From the NCBI RefSeq assembly GCF_009914755.1, contig NC_060948.1: a DNA stretch of 64,000 nucleotides; one strand, 5' to 3'. Source of the DNA: the human T2T-CHM13v2.0 reference genome, Homo sapiens. Position 1 is the first letter of the stretch. Each line of letters opens with the position of its first letter. The translations under genes were made by a program, and so were the position numbers. The notes below the pieces were generated by a model. That model was not told the DNA's origin, did not search any database, and worked only from the letters and a program-made list of their open reading frames with translations. Shown piece by piece: positions 1-16,004 of this stretch.

Positions 1-1422
1 TGTCTTTTTCAGCTTCTGAAAGGCAGATCCTTATTGAATACTTCCTGCAAGTCTAGGTTCGTGGAAGTTTCTGAGTGAATTTGGGAAAGGGTAAAGGGAG
101 TTGAAATCAAAACAGTAAGAGATGTATTCAAATTTTTTTGCTAATTCCCCTAACTCCCTTTGCTATGGCTCTAGGCTCACCAAAAGAATACTGTCGGTTA
201 TGGGTCTTTCTAGGTAGATCTTACTTTCAAAAAGAGACTGCTCTCACCAAAGTAATATATTGCCTATTTCTCTTTCAGTTATGTTTTTTTTTCATAAATA
301 AGTTCCTGGCCTTTTCATTACAGGTAGCTTTCCATGCTGTATCTTTTACATAAAGTCCATAGATATTCATGGATTATAAAAGTCTAGTGATGCCTGAGAC
401 CTTAGAGACCGTATAACCTATTGTATCTCAACAGGGATCAATGGACTAGATATATTAGAACGATCCCTGGAAATTTTCATTCTATAGGACTGGGATGAGG
501 ATAAAAAACTGTGCTTTTTATACAAATAAAAACTTCCCAGGTGATTCTGCACAGTAAGACTTGGAAAACCCTCCTATTTTATAATTCCTTACTTTTGCTG
601 ATGAATTAACAGGCCTAGGAAAGAGAAGAAATCTTTTCTTTACACATAATTTCTTGCTTAGGGTCTCGATCATACCACAGTTGACTTTTGAGCAGTTATT
701 TACAACTCCAGCACTATGTACTAAAAAAGATTGAAGCGGTTCAGTTTGGAAGATCTACATTAGGGAAACAACACCTAGAGTAAATCCTGGAGCAGATTGT
801 GAAGTCAGTCCCAAATGTCATTTGGGCACAAGTGTTTTTTGCTTCTATTGCTGAAATGCACATAACTTATGCCATGGGACATATTCAAAGAGGCAGAAAG
901 CTACAATTAGAAGGTGGCAATAACACACATTGCCATCAATGAATTTAGAGAAAAAATAATTGAACTTGTCATTAAAGTCAAAGCTGGATGCATTTTGGAA
1001 GGGTAATCAATTTCTGAAGGGCCCCAGTGCAAACTATTCACATCGTTGGAGGTTGTTCTCAGCTACATGCTACAATTAGGCAAGTAGGTTGTACTTTAAT
1101 ACTAATGGGTAGTTCTTGTTCTGTGATATAAACCCATTTTCGAGACTTCTATGCCTATATCAATTGTATATGCCAATACCTCCTCAGATGTGTATCTGTA
1201 CATTATTTTTCTTAATGATATTGAACACTTTCATATGTGAGGCAAAACCATAAAGCATTTTATTGTCAGATAAGGGAGTAAGACAACTTGTATAGGTTTG
1301 AATTAAAAGATAAGTTTACTTAGTAGTATTGGTTCAGAGGCAAGAATTATCACATTCAATTTGTGGAAGATAATGAGAAAGATTGATGGCATACGAGGTG
1401 GGCCTTGGAGAATGGGGTGGGT

Positions 1423-1520
1423 GGAGACAGATGAGAGAGATGAGGGGAGAGGGAAGGAGGGAGGGAGAGAGAGAGAGAGGGAGAGAGAAAAGCAAGAAAG
1501 GAGAGAGAAAGAATGAACAA
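1423..1520. repeat. Purine-rich (GA/GGA) low-complexity tract
   Basis: gagagagatgaggggagagggaaggagggagggagagagagagag... seen directly. Confidence 0.85.
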
Positions 1521-4500
1521 AAGCATTCATTCCAGGCTTCCAGGCTCAGAGAATTGTATGAATAACGCTACAGGTGAATGAGAGTACAAAATAGATCAGG
1601 CTAACCCAGAGACTTATCCTTAGCAGACATTATTTGAAAGGACAGTTCACCCTCTAAGTTTCCTTAAGAAGTTTTCACTGGAAAGCTCCTGTCTTCCGCT
1701 TTCATAGTTTGGTGGTAAACAGAGAGGTGTAGTTGAACATCACCTGTAGACCAAATAGGGTGTTAACAGAAAACTAGAACTCTGACAATGATGCTATAAT
1801 TATGCGGAAGGAGGGTCAGTAGTGTTAAGGAAAAGGGAGTAAAGGATTTAGAAACCGAAGGGTAAATTTTCAGCCTCTTCCTTGCTACAAATTAAGCATA
1901 TCACCTTGGGTTTTTACTCAATGTCTTTTGCACCTTGCTTTCTTTCTTTATAAAAATAGGATGAAAACGCCTCTTCTTTCTAGGTCTGTGGATTGCTGTG
2001 AGGATCAAATAAGATAAATGCAAATTTTGGTGTTATTATTAGAAGTAATAATGGTAAAATGGAGTATTTCATATCATTTAAAGATTTTTTATATATGCTA
2101 AGATATTTTTTCATACTTTTTCAAAATATCAATTCTGTAGTGCCATAAATAATTGTATTAAATGAATCGCTGGTACAAAGATCACATTCTGGTTCATAAG
2201 TCCTGTCTGGATGACTTAGAAATATTTAACTGTTAATATGAATATGGAAATCCAGCAGACTGAATCATTAAGGAGGAAAAAGGACCCGTTTTATGCATCA
2301 GACAGATTTCAGTAGCTTATATTGTCTACCTACAGGAGCTGGACACAATGATTCTTGCATATTTTGGATTCAAATGCATTTTTATTATTATTTTACCCCT
2401 GAAGCTAGGTTTGGAAAGACAACATTTGTTACTTAAGACAACTTAGAAAAAAAAAAAAACTATTTCTAAGTTATCACATTGAAAGGGTTGTTATGAGACC
2501 ATCACATTATTTTATTTGCCAAATATGAATATGTTTCCTCAGTAATGTACTTTTGATTGTTATTGTTTTTAGAGAAATAAGATACTGTTCTCAATAAAAT
2601 AAAGAACATGCTCAAATAACGAACTAATAAAGGGATAAAAATAGTCAATTAACATTGAGACGCTTGTTCACTGTCACTAGTAATCAAATAAATACAATGC
2701 AAATAAATCATTGAGTTATTATTTCAAACTATCGAATTTGCAAACATTTAAAAGAAAAAGAGCTGGCAAATTCATAACCTCCTTTAAAAAGGGAATACTT
2801 AAATGAATTATAGTAGAGTGATTCAAGTACATTATAAAGAATAGATGGCAGTGAGGAAATAATCATAATAAATACATAAAAATCTGATGTATAATTGGTG
2901 ATCTGTAAGAAAATGTGGGGAAAAGGTAGTAGCATTTACTTCTGAATGGTTGTACAATTTTTAGAGTTTTAAAAACTCCATTTCTGAATTTTCTGCAATA
3001 ATTATTACTGTTATTATCAGTAAAAATGAGAAAACAAAAATATGTGTGTGTGCACTCATACATGAATGCACACCTACTTCTTCTAGAGTTGTTTGGTTCT
3101 TAGTTACAGTAAAACTATAATCTACCACAAAATGACAGCAGCATGCTTTACTGAGCTGCAGTTGTGCATATGGCCTGTTTATTCTTTTTTTTTTTTTTTT
3201 TGGTCAACCTGTACTTCTTGTTTGGCTTTCTGTATTATAGATATTTGATATTATAAATATAAATATTATAGATGTTTGCAAGTTACATGTTTCTAATTGC
3301 CCAGCTACAAATATCAGTGGTGGTATATGCACTATCTACTACACTCATTCGGGACATAAATTTATATAACAGAAAGGCTACTGTTTTTGTAATTTAAATA
3401 CACAGGGCTATTTTATTCTATGGGAGCAAGCAGAATTTAATTTAAACTGGCGTTTTTTCTGTAGACCTGGGAGTAGAATTTTTTTTTTTTTTTGAGATGG
3501 AGTCTTGCTCTTAATTTTACCCAGGGATGCACTATTTTATTATTTTATAGTGAATAATATCTGACAAGCATGCATTATATTGCTACCTGCTGAGTCATGA
3601 ATACATGAATACTACCAAGTAAATAGCTCAAATTTATAAATTTTAAAGCAATTTTTATTTTTGAATTGATCTTGTGTTTTTGATAGAATATACCTAAAAG
3701 GCTTAAAGTGCATGTAACTGAGCAATTTTCTTTTATGTAATGATGCAAAGTATATGAATAGTAAGTAATCTGACTCAGCAAAGAGACAAGAGTTCATACC
3801 CAAGAGATTCGTGCTTTGAGGTTTGGAAATAGCTCTTGTTATGTATTTTTGATCTTGGGTGGGCTATTAGCTATAAGTCTTGGTGTCTTCATCCATAAAA
3901 TGGTATTAATAGCACCTGCCTTTTCTGCTTTTCAGGTGTAGAGACTTGAAAAGTAAATAATAATACGTGGAAGTTCTCTACCGCCTTCTGTGCCCAGCTT
4001 GACCACATATTCAGGTTTTTGATAATTAGCACAATTAAAGTGAACCAAGGGGGAACAAGTTGCTGATTTAATTTGGGGTTACATTGCCTTCACCCTGTGT
4101 CATAGGCTTACTTAGTCCAAGCATTCCTTAAGTATGCGTGTCTATTTAAGAGATTAGCTGAGGGTGGCTGATATTCAATCTCAATTTATCTCAGCTTTGG
4201 GAAAACCATCCCTGCGTGTACCCTATCTGTGCTTGTGAGTCCACAGTGGGATTTTGTATAAAGAACAGCATGTTTATATTTACAAGATTGAAACTGTAGG
4301 TGAAGTTCATAAACATCTGAAATAATTCTTTTTTCCTGAAATATTTCCTGCTCTTCTGGCATTCTTCTTTGTAATATTCAGTTTCACATATACTTTCCTA
4401 GTTACATTGCAAACTCCATGGGGTCAAAGTGTGTGCTAGTTTTGCATACTACTGAGTCTGTTGTGTCCATTACAGTGCTTGACACATAGCAGATGCTCAA

Positions 4501-4905
4501 TAATTAAAACAGCAATTATACACACACACATATATAAATATATATATATTTATATAAAATATATAAAAACAATGGACTGACAGACTCATTAAGTCCCACC
4601 ACCCACCTCCTATTTCCTAGCATAGTGTCAGGTACTTATTAGGTGAACAACAGATAGTGACTGTATCTTATTTATATTATTTAGGATGGGCCTCTAGGAG
4701 TTCAGTAACTTATTGTTTTAGAGTAAATCAAAATATTAATCCTTACATGACACTTAAATGCATGAATACAGTATTGTGCTTAAGTAGGATACTGTCCTCA
4801 ATAATTTAAAAATACATGCACCCATTTTTTTTCCATGCATTGAAAATGACTAGTCCAGAGATGAATATGAAGGCAGTGATAAAAGTCTGGGAGCAATATC
4901 GTCTA

Positions 4906-4965
4906 ACTTAGGGCTTGAGGCTCATTTGGATTCCCACTTAGGGCTTGAGGCTCATTTGGATTCCC
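4906..4965. repeat. Perfect 2x30-bp tandem duplication
   Basis: acttagggcttgaggctcatttggattccc at 4906-4935 and 4936-4965. Confidence 0.95.
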
Positions 4966-5829
4966 TAATTATGCTGATCTAGATCTTCAGGCTTGTAGTT
5001 CTCCCTGAGGGTCTTGGTTATTTTTCCTAATAGACTCACCAGTCTCGTTAATCAAACAAGTCCTCAACACTAAATATAAATCTCATCATAAAATCAAAGT
5101 TGCATTTATCCTAGTAAAAGTCTAAAGCTACTTCTACTAATTAGTAAGTTTGGGGAATAATTTGCCTAGACACCAGCAATGTGCTGGGCCTACATTTGGG
5201 CTACAGTGTATTTACTTACCATAATTAGTGATTTTTTAAAAAAGGTAATTTTACCACTTGGAGTAAAAGAACATCAAAAATAAATGCTATAATTCAGTGA
5301 AGTTTGTAAAAAAAAAAAGGGTCTATGTCTATATAACCATCCATACATATGTATGGTATTCATGACACCTTCTAAATTAGTGCAGCAATACATTATATTT
5401 TATCTCTGATTTAACTGTTCTTATAAAACAGCAAGATTATAAAAATTCCCACTTAACCAACATTAAAAGCAGCATTAAAATCTACAGTACTTAAAGAACA
5501 TATTATCAATAACTTCCATGATATGTGCTTACAAATTTTTTCCAAATATTAGATGATTGATACTTCATTTTCTAATAGCTTTCAGACCTGACAATCTGGA
5601 TGGTAAACTGTAATTCAATATCTCCAAACTTACATTTGGCCAGATTATCATCTTGTGTATGTGTGTGTATGAAGGGGTGTGTGTATGAAGGGGTGTGTGT
5701 GTGTGTGTTTGTAGCAGAGAGAAAGATAGAGAAATAAAAAATAAATAAATAAAACAAACCTGGTAAAAGAAAAATTATGCTTTGGAAGATACGGCTTATT
5801 TCCCTCTTGGTATAGTCTCTTCATAATAT

Positions 5830-6640
5830 TATTTTTTTTAATTTTTTTTTGTGGGGACATAGTAAGTGTGTATATTTATGGGGTACATGCGATGTTTTGA
5901 TGCAGGCATACAATCTGGAATAAGCCAATCATGAAGAATGGGGTATCCATTCCTTCAACACCCATCACTTGAACTACAAACAATACAATTACACTCTGTA
6001 ATTATTTTAAAATGTATAATTAAGTTATTATTGATTACAGTCATCTTGGTGTGCTATCAAATTGTAGGTCACAATCATTGTTTCTATGTTTTTTTAAAAC
6101 CATTAACTATCCCCATCTCCCTACCAGGCCCCCATTACCCTTCCCAGCTTCTGGTAACCATCCTTCTACTTTTTATGTCCATGAGTTCAATTATTTTTAT
6201 TTCTTGTCCCACAAATAAGTGAGAACGTGCAATGTTTGTCTTTCTGTGCCTGGCTTATTTCACTTAACATAATGATCTCCGTTCCACCATGCTGTTGGAA
6301 ATCACTGGATCTCATTCTTTTTGTACGGCTGAATAATACTCCATTGTGTATGTGTACCACATTTTCTTTTGTTTTTATTTTATTATACTTTAAGTTTTAG
6401 GGTACATGTGCACATTGTGCACATTAGTTACATATGTATACATGTGCCATGCTGGTGCGCTGCACCCACTAACTCGTCATCTAGCATTAGGTATATCTCC
6501 CAATGCTATCCCTCCCCCATTTTCTTTATCGCTTTATCTGCTGATGGACATTTAGGTTGCTTCCAAATCTTTTATTTTTTCCAAAAATCTGAAATTTGAG
6601 CTACCATATGATCCAGCAATCTCACTGCTGGCTATATACC
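5830..6640 (-). mobile_element. Old L1 3' fragment (L1M/L1PB-like), interrupted by a younger L1; a short + strand piece at ~6595-6640 suggests a 5' inversion
   Basis: Typical L1 3' motifs: tttgtctttctgtgcctggcttatttcacttaacataatg, gctgaataatactccattgtgtatgtgtaccacattttc, gatggacatttaggttgcttccaaatc; gagctaccatatgatccagcaatc in the opposite orientation. Confidence 0.75.
6370..6517 (-). mobile_element. Young 5'-truncated L1PA (L1PA2-like) 3' end nested in the older L1
   Basis: ttattatactttaagttttagggtacatgtgcac...ggtatatctcccaatgctatccctcccc; TSD cattttcttt at 6360-6369 and 6518-6527; GAG, not ACA, at the L1HS-Ta diagnostic site. Confidence 0.85.
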
Positions 6641-7055
6641 AATATCAGAGTAAGCCACAAAAGTCATGTCCTCTACATCATTAATATAATTTAGAGGTGG
6701 ACAATAAAAAAGAAAATTAATGGAGAAATAAAAGCAGAAATTTATAAAACATGTATAAACAAATGAGTCCATATTACTCAACTTTATATGGGTAAAAATG
6801 GAAGTAAAGTCACAATATCAGGCATTGAAATTATTCTGTATTCTGTTACTTGGTGTAAGGTGATTTGCCACAATCCAAGAGTCTATGAAGTAAGTTTGTA
6901 TGAGATAGGATGGAAGGAAAGGAGAATTTGAACTATCTCAGGGATATTTTTTAATGATTGAAAGCTATGCTATAAAATCTCTTAGGAAAAACATGCTATC
7001 AATTGCCTGATGGAGTAATGCATATCTCATATCCTTCTCATCTCTATTCCTTCAG

Positions 7056-7192
7056 ATCACAGTAGCTTTGGCAGCAATATCGAGATGTTGTCAGTTAAGC
7101 TTCTAGATCCCTCCATCTGCCACCATCAACATAGTCACATGACTAGAAATAATAATTTATGTATCTAGAATCAGCCACAAGTAGACTGCTGA
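7056..7192 (+). pseudogene. Candidate degenerate trypsin-like exon upstream of the giant repeat exon
   Basis: Acceptor ccttcag| and donor |gtactt; phase 1 to 0, 137 bp; translates DHSSFGSNIEMLSVKLLDPSICHHQHSHMTRNNNLCI*NQPQVDC*; size, phase and Cys pattern resemble the exon at 20178-20309, size and phase also 16173-16306. Confidence 0.55.
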
Positions 7193-7374
7193 GTACTTAC
7201 TACATAAAGGCAAAGCTAGCATTTTTGGGTTGGGGGGGCAGGTGTAGAAACACGTTAACAGTTCTGTAAATACACATAAAGATATGCATTTTCCTTAATC
7301 ACAAATAAATAAACCAGAAGAATTTTCAGTGATTTAAAAAAATTAAGAAATAGGGAACTTATTTAAAAAGCCTT

Positions 7375-7640
7375 TGAAGCCACAGTGGCTCTTGCCTGTT
7401 ATCTCAGTATTTTGGGAAACTGAGACAGGGCCTCACTTGAGGCCAGGAATTCCAGAGGAGGCTGGCAAATAGAGTGAGATGCTGTCTCTAGAAAAAATAA
7501 ATAAAATTTAAAAATTAGCTGCTTGTTTTGCAGTGTGCCTACAGCCCTAGCTACTTGGGAGGCTGAGGTGAAAGAATTGTTTGAACCAGGGAGTTTGATG
7601 TTGCTGTAACTTATGATCTTGTCACTTCACCCCAGCCTGT
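7375..7640 (+). mobile_element. Old Alu (AluJ-like) lacking its 3' end and A-tail
   Basis: Diverged dimeric Alu ending at ...ccccagcctg and running directly into repeat-exon sequence. Confidence 0.8.
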
Positions 7641-7644
7641 CCAG

Positions 7645-10600
7645 AGGATTATCTAATCATACTGTGGACTATTGCCAAATCTGCAGCAGTGAAACTCTGG
7701 ACACATTCTGTGTCTGGTAAAGTCACACTTTGGAACCAAGAAGAATTTCCAGCCTTACTTCCCTTGACAGAGCCTATCGCTAAGACAGTCACAACATAGA
7801 TCCAGGATAGAATTCCAACAATAAATCCCTGAGCAAAAACTATAGCTGAAACTGCCATACCATGGATCCTCGATGAAATGCCACCAACAAATCCCTGGAA
7901 AAAATACAGCCTGAATATTTAGCAGTAAATACCTGGCACTATCTGAATTTAACCCAGTCTCATTGTGGATCTTGGCTTATTTGTCAGTAGGAAACTACTC
8001 TACACAGTTCCATACTGAAACAATAACACTGTGAACCCACGTTGAGTCTCCAGCAATACTTTCCTGGAAACAGTTGGGAACTGATATAATCACATTAGGG
8101 ACCCATGCTGAATCACTAGTGATGAATTCATGGATATATTCTTCTATATGTGATACGGTCACAACACCTATCCAGGCTGAATCAGTTATTAAATCACTGG
8201 ACATACTCTGAAACTGATATACTCACAACATGGATTCTGGCTGAAACTCTAGGATTAAGTCCCTGGGCACGTGATATGTTCCTACCATGGACCCAGGCTG
8301 AAAGTCCAGCAGTATCTTGGATTCAACCATGGATTCTGGGTAGAATGCCAGCAATGAATCCCTGGAGAGAGGCTACAGCTGACATTGTCCTACCCTGGAA
8401 CCAGGCTGAATTTATGTAGAAGGAAATGCCTGGACACCGTCTGAAACTTATACAATCACAAAGAGGATCCTGAGTGATTCTCCAGCACTAAATTCATGGA
8501 CATGGGCAATAGCTGATGCAGACCAGCTGTGGACCAAACCTGAATTTCCAGCAGTAAATCCCTGGACAAAGTCTGTAGTTGATAGTACTATACCATGGAT
8601 ACAGGATGAGTCTCCAGCAATAAATCCATGGACACAGTACGTATCTTATATGATCAAACCATGAGCCCAAAATGACTCTTCAGCAGTAAATCTCTGTACA
8701 CTACCTGAATCTGATACCATTATCCTGTGGACACAAGCTGAGTCTCCAACAGTAAATCCGTTCACAGAGGCTGGAACTTCCACAGTCACACCATGGGCCC
8801 AGGCTGTATCTCCAGCAGTAATTCCACGGACACAGCCTATACTTTCCACAGTCGTACCTTGGACCCAGGTTGAATGTCCATCAGTAAATACCTGGAGAAC
8901 GTCCATAGCTGATGCCATCACACTGTGGATAGGGGCTGAATTAACCGCAGGATATCAATGGATACTGCCTTGGGCTGCTACTGTCACACTGTGGTCACAG
9001 TCTGAATCTCCAGCAGGAAATCTTTGGACACAGTCTGTGTATGACACAGACACACCATGGCCTCAGGCTGAATCTCCAGCAGTAGTTTGCTGGACAGAAC
9101 ATGTAGCTGATACACACCGTGGACTCAGTTTGAATTTTTAACAGTAAAGCCTTGGATCCAATCTGTATCTGATACGCTCATACCATGGACCCAGGCTGAG
9201 TCTTCAGCACTAAAGCATTTGACACAGGCAATAGCTTATACAATCAAGCTGTGGAACCAAGTCAAATCACCTGCCATAAATCTCTGGAAACAATATGAAA
9301 CGAATATGTTCACATGGTGTACTGAGGTTGAATCTCCAAAAGTAAAGGAGGGGACACATCCTATACCTGCTACAGTTATACCACTGAACCAAGCTGAATC
9401 TGTAGGAGTAAATCCCTCCACAAAGCTTGAAACAGAAATACTCATACTGTGGACCCAGGCTCATTCTAAAATCAACAATCTCTGTACATATACTCTACTT
9501 GATAGAGTGAAACCATTGGCTAAGGATGTTTGTGTAGCAGTAAACCCATGGAGACAGTCTAAAACTGAAATAGTCACATCATGGGCCCAGGATCTGTTGC
9601 CAGCAATAAATCCCTTAACAGTGGCTGTACCTGGTATAGTCACACTGCAGTACATGGCTGTATCTCTAGTAATAATTCCCAGGAGAGAGGCTCTAGCTGA
9701 TACAGTCATAATATGGACACAGACAAAATCACCAGCAATCAGTTTCTGGTTGTAACCTCTGCCTGGCACAGTCAAACTATGGACCCAAGCAAAATATACA
9801 CCCGTTATCACTTGGAACCAGGCTGAATTTCCAGCTAGAAATCCCATGATACAATCTTAGCCTCCAATTGTAAAGATCTGAACAGAGTCTGAATCTCTAG
9901 CCCCAAGTCCTCTGTTATAGGTGGAGACTGATACAGTCATACCATGGACCCAGACTGAATCTTTGGCAGTAAATCCCTGGACAAAGCCTGTTGCTGATAC
10001 ACTCACACTGTGTACACAGCCTGTAACTCCATCATTAATCGTTTTTTCACAAACTTTTCATGATACACTGAAAGCATGGGCTCAAACTGAATGCTTACCA
10101 GTAAATACCTGGACAGAGGCTGTAGCTTCCAAAATTATACCCTGGACCCAGGCTGAATTTCCAGCAGTAAATCCTTAGACAGAGCCTTTTGCTCATACGG
10201 TAACAATTTTGGCACAGGCTGTATCTTCAACAGTAAAGATCTGGCCACAGCCTTCATTTAATACAACCAACTTATGTATTTAATACAACCAATCTGAATC
10301 TGCAGCATTAATTACATGGATACAGCCTGCATCTGATACATACATAGGATTGATCCAATCTGAATCTTCACCAGTGAATTCCTGGAGACTGCCTATATCT
10401 AATATATTATCATTGTGGACCAAGCCTGTATCTCTAGCAGTCAATCTGTGAATAGAGGCAATAGCTTCCATAGTCATACCTTGGACCAAAGCTTTACTTT
10501 TAGAAACAAAACCCTGGACACATCCTGTATCTGATATACTTATGCTGTGGACCCAGGTTGAATCTTCTGCAGCGATTACCTCCACACAGGCAGTATCTGA

Positions 10601-10970
10601 CACAATTATACTGTGGCTGCATGCTGCAGGCCTCCAGTAGGAATTACCTGGATACAGACTGATCTGATCTTCTTATATCTTCTTATATCATGAAACAATG
10701 ATGAATCTCAACAGAAAATTCAGGGGCATGGGCTGTAGTTTCCACCGTGTTACCATGCAACCAGTTATCCCTTCAGCAGGAAAAACCTGGACATCTACCT
10801 GTGTCAGAATCAATCACCCCGCAGACCCAGTCTGAGTCTCCAGTAATGAACACATGGACAGAGGCTGCAGCTTCCACACTCTCAAAGTGGACTCATGATG
10901 ATTTTCCAGATGCAAATGCTTATACACAGAGCGAAATGGGCACATACTGGACAATGGGTAAAACTGAAGC
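7645..10970 (+). repeat. Degenerate 33-bp tandem array with 66-bp higher-order period (PWTQAESPAVN / PWTQPVADTVI)
   Basis: Recurrent ccatggacccaggctgaatctccagcagtaaat alternating with ccctggacacagcctgtagctgatacagtcata-like units, e.g. 8790-8895 and 9940-10010. Confidence 0.9.
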
Positions 10971-10975
10971 TAAGA

Positions 10976-13560
<2,585 letters not shown>

Positions 13561-14629
13561 ACCCAGAACCCTATAAAGCTGTTATAATTGATCATTTTCT
13601 CCTCCTGAAATTGAGCCGAACAGAGAAACACTATTAACGAGTCATTTTGGCTGCTTGTCCAAACGTGTACCCTTTTTGCCAGTAAAAACTGTTTATTCCC
13701 CAGATCGGTATTTTATAGCTTTGTCAACTGAGATAACTGCCACACAAAGCCAATATAAAATCAATTCTATCCAACCAAGCCAGTTTACAAGCATTTGGCT
13801 TCCTGGAAGAGTTGTTTACCAGCTCTATGGCAGGAAATTAAAAATTATCAAGACAAAAGAAAGCCCTCATGTCCCAAGTACCTCTCTTATCTCTCTTTAT
13901 GCTTTTTCTTTATTCATTCTTGTTCTCTTCCATCTGTATGTACACTGACCCCTTCTTGTTCAGTCTTTTCTTCTTGTACTTTCCTTTCATTCTGTATTTT
14001 CCCATCTTGCTCAGGTATTTCTCCTCTGGTCTCCTCTCCTATTCTGCTATCCATAGGCTCTTTTGCTAATCCTCCTCAGAATATATTTCCCTCAGCATTT
14101 ACTAAAGAGTCAATTCTTTCTCATTCTTTTTCATCCTTGCATACTGCTCCAGCCGCATTTTTAACAAAACAACCTCTCCTGATGCCTGGATCTCAGTCTG
14201 GACCCAAGCCTGAACAACAACCTCTTAGGTATTCAGAACTCAGTGTTTCCCTGGGTGAGTGTCAACTAGCTGTGATTTGGAAAGAAAGTTTCCAGGCTTT
14301 CTGGCTCTTCAGGACAGCTGTTATTTCCCATGAAACCACAGGCAGCTTTAGTCGAGTCAGATATTTGAGTTAATGTACTTGGTATGAAGACTCCTGTTGA
14401 ACCCTAAAACCAGAGTTTGTAGCAACAGAGGTTATGTTCTCAGACCGTTGCAAAACCAAAATTTAGGTTATTGTGTGAATCAGCAGAGATGTGTAAATAT
14501 TGAGAGAATATTTTTTTTTTTTTTTTGCCAAACAGGATGTTTGAGCTATGTGTTATGAACACAATTCTATTCAGACAGCAGTATTTTAAAGATAGCCTTA
14601 CTCCTTAGAAAGGTTTTATTATTTTCACT

Positions 14630-14820
14630 TGAGGTATATACATATATACACACACTATTGGATAATAGTATAACATCTTGGATACTAGTATCAGATATAA
14701 ATAATAATATACTACATATATAAACTATATATACATATATTTATATATAGCATCTATATAGTATATATGTGTATATATATAGTATATATGTAATAGTGTG
14801 TGTGTATATATATATACGCT
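14630..14820. repeat. (TA)n-rich low-complexity tract
   Basis: tatatatacatatatttatatatagcatctatatagtatatatgtgtatatatat. Confidence 0.8.
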
Positions 14821-15021
14821 TTATTGTTAGAAGGGGAAGTATGAAGATAACCTCTGTACTATATCTAAAATTGTGGGATGAATAATGTATATTTCTATGT
14901 ATTTTCTCAGAATTGAAGATAATGAATTTCCAAGCATTTTTCTAAAAGTCTAAATTTAGATGTTAGAAAAGGAAGGGTAGTAACACTAATCACTCTATAC
15001 CATGTGTGGGTTCCTCTGCAG

Positions 15022-15190
15022 AGTGTGGATTATGCCCTGGCATTATCCCTGTCTGTCCCAACTGCTGGGAGGCAGAAATTGGTGAATTCTGTTGGGTGAT
15101 TTCTGCACAAATGTTTTTCTCCCATTTTTGTGCTGGCTCCATACTACATGAACAGTGGATCATTAGCACAGCTAGATGTGTCAATTTTAT
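15022..15190 (+). pseudogene. PRSSLY: PRSSLY-like protease domain A, exon 1 of 4
   Basis: ctgcag|...|gtaagt; ECGLCPG...EAEIGEFCWVISAQMFFSHFCAGSILHEQWIISTARCVNF matches the trypsin CG / FPW / CGGSI..WVLTAAHC pattern. Confidence 0.8.
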
Positions 15191-15299
15191 GTAAGTCTGA
15201 GCAATTCATTTCAAGATTATGATATCATTATAAAGCAAGTAAAACATTGAGACTGTTACTGAATATGTTTCTTTTCTATTTATTTATTTATTTTTGTTT

Positions 15300-15342
15300 G
15301 TGTGTGTGAGACAGAGATAGGGAAAGAGAGAGAGATAGAGAC

Positions 15343-15389
<47 letters not shown>

Positions 15390-15610
15390 GAGAGAGAGAG
15401 ACTCTCCCTCTATTGTCCAGGCTAAAATGCAGTGGTGTGACTCACATTAGCCTCAAACTCCCAATATTAAGGGATGCTCCCACCTCAGCCATCTGAGTAC
15501 CTGGGACCGCAGGCACACGCTACTGCATCTGGATAATTTTGTTGTTGTTGTTCTTGCTGTTGGTAAGGAAAAATTCTCATCATGTTGACCAATTGGTCTC
15601 AAATGATCCT
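15300..15610 (-). mobile_element. Old Alu with an adjacent (GA)n microsatellite (15300-15400)
   Basis: actctccctctattgtccaggctaaaatgcagtgg...cacctcagccatctgagtacctgggacc; (GA)n run. Confidence 0.75.
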
Positions 15611-15744
15611 TGAAAATAGTTTCTAAAGTACTATTTGCAACTGAGTGCTTACCTGGACTTCATGTGATTCACGTGAACTCCAGGGTTTTTTCACACTGAA
15701 ATGTGGAAATAATAAGATTTTTTCCTTGATTTTTTTTTCCCCCA

Positions 15745-16004
15745 AAAAAATGCAGAAGCCCTGGCTGTGGTCCGAGTGGGGCTTATTGACCTCCAGGATC
15801 CTGCCCAAGCTGAGATTGTAACCTTTGAGCATGCCATGCCCTATTTAGGTCCCAAGGGACCTCTAGGACCTGGGTTGATCTTCCTGAAGCAACCACTACA
15901 TTTTCAACCCAGGTTCCTTCCTATACGCCTGGAGCAATGTCTGGAACAAGAGAAAATATACAACTATATGACTGTTGGCTATGTAGTTGGTCCCTTATGA
16001 GGGG
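15745..16004 (+). pseudogene. PRSSLY: PRSSLY-like protease domain A, exon 2 of 4 (acceptor damaged, frameshifted)
   Basis: VRVGLIDL...GLIFLKQPLHFQPRFLPIRLEQ, then in a shifted frame QLYDCWLCSWSLMRG|gtgact; no in-frame AG after the pyrimidine tract. Confidence 0.7.

Noticed and set aside
860-1085. Possible first exon of the upstream protease-like domain (WRLFSATC followed by AG|GCAAGT)
   Set aside because: The W-x6-C spacing fits, but there is no CxG motif, no clear acceptor and the phase does not match. Too weak to call.
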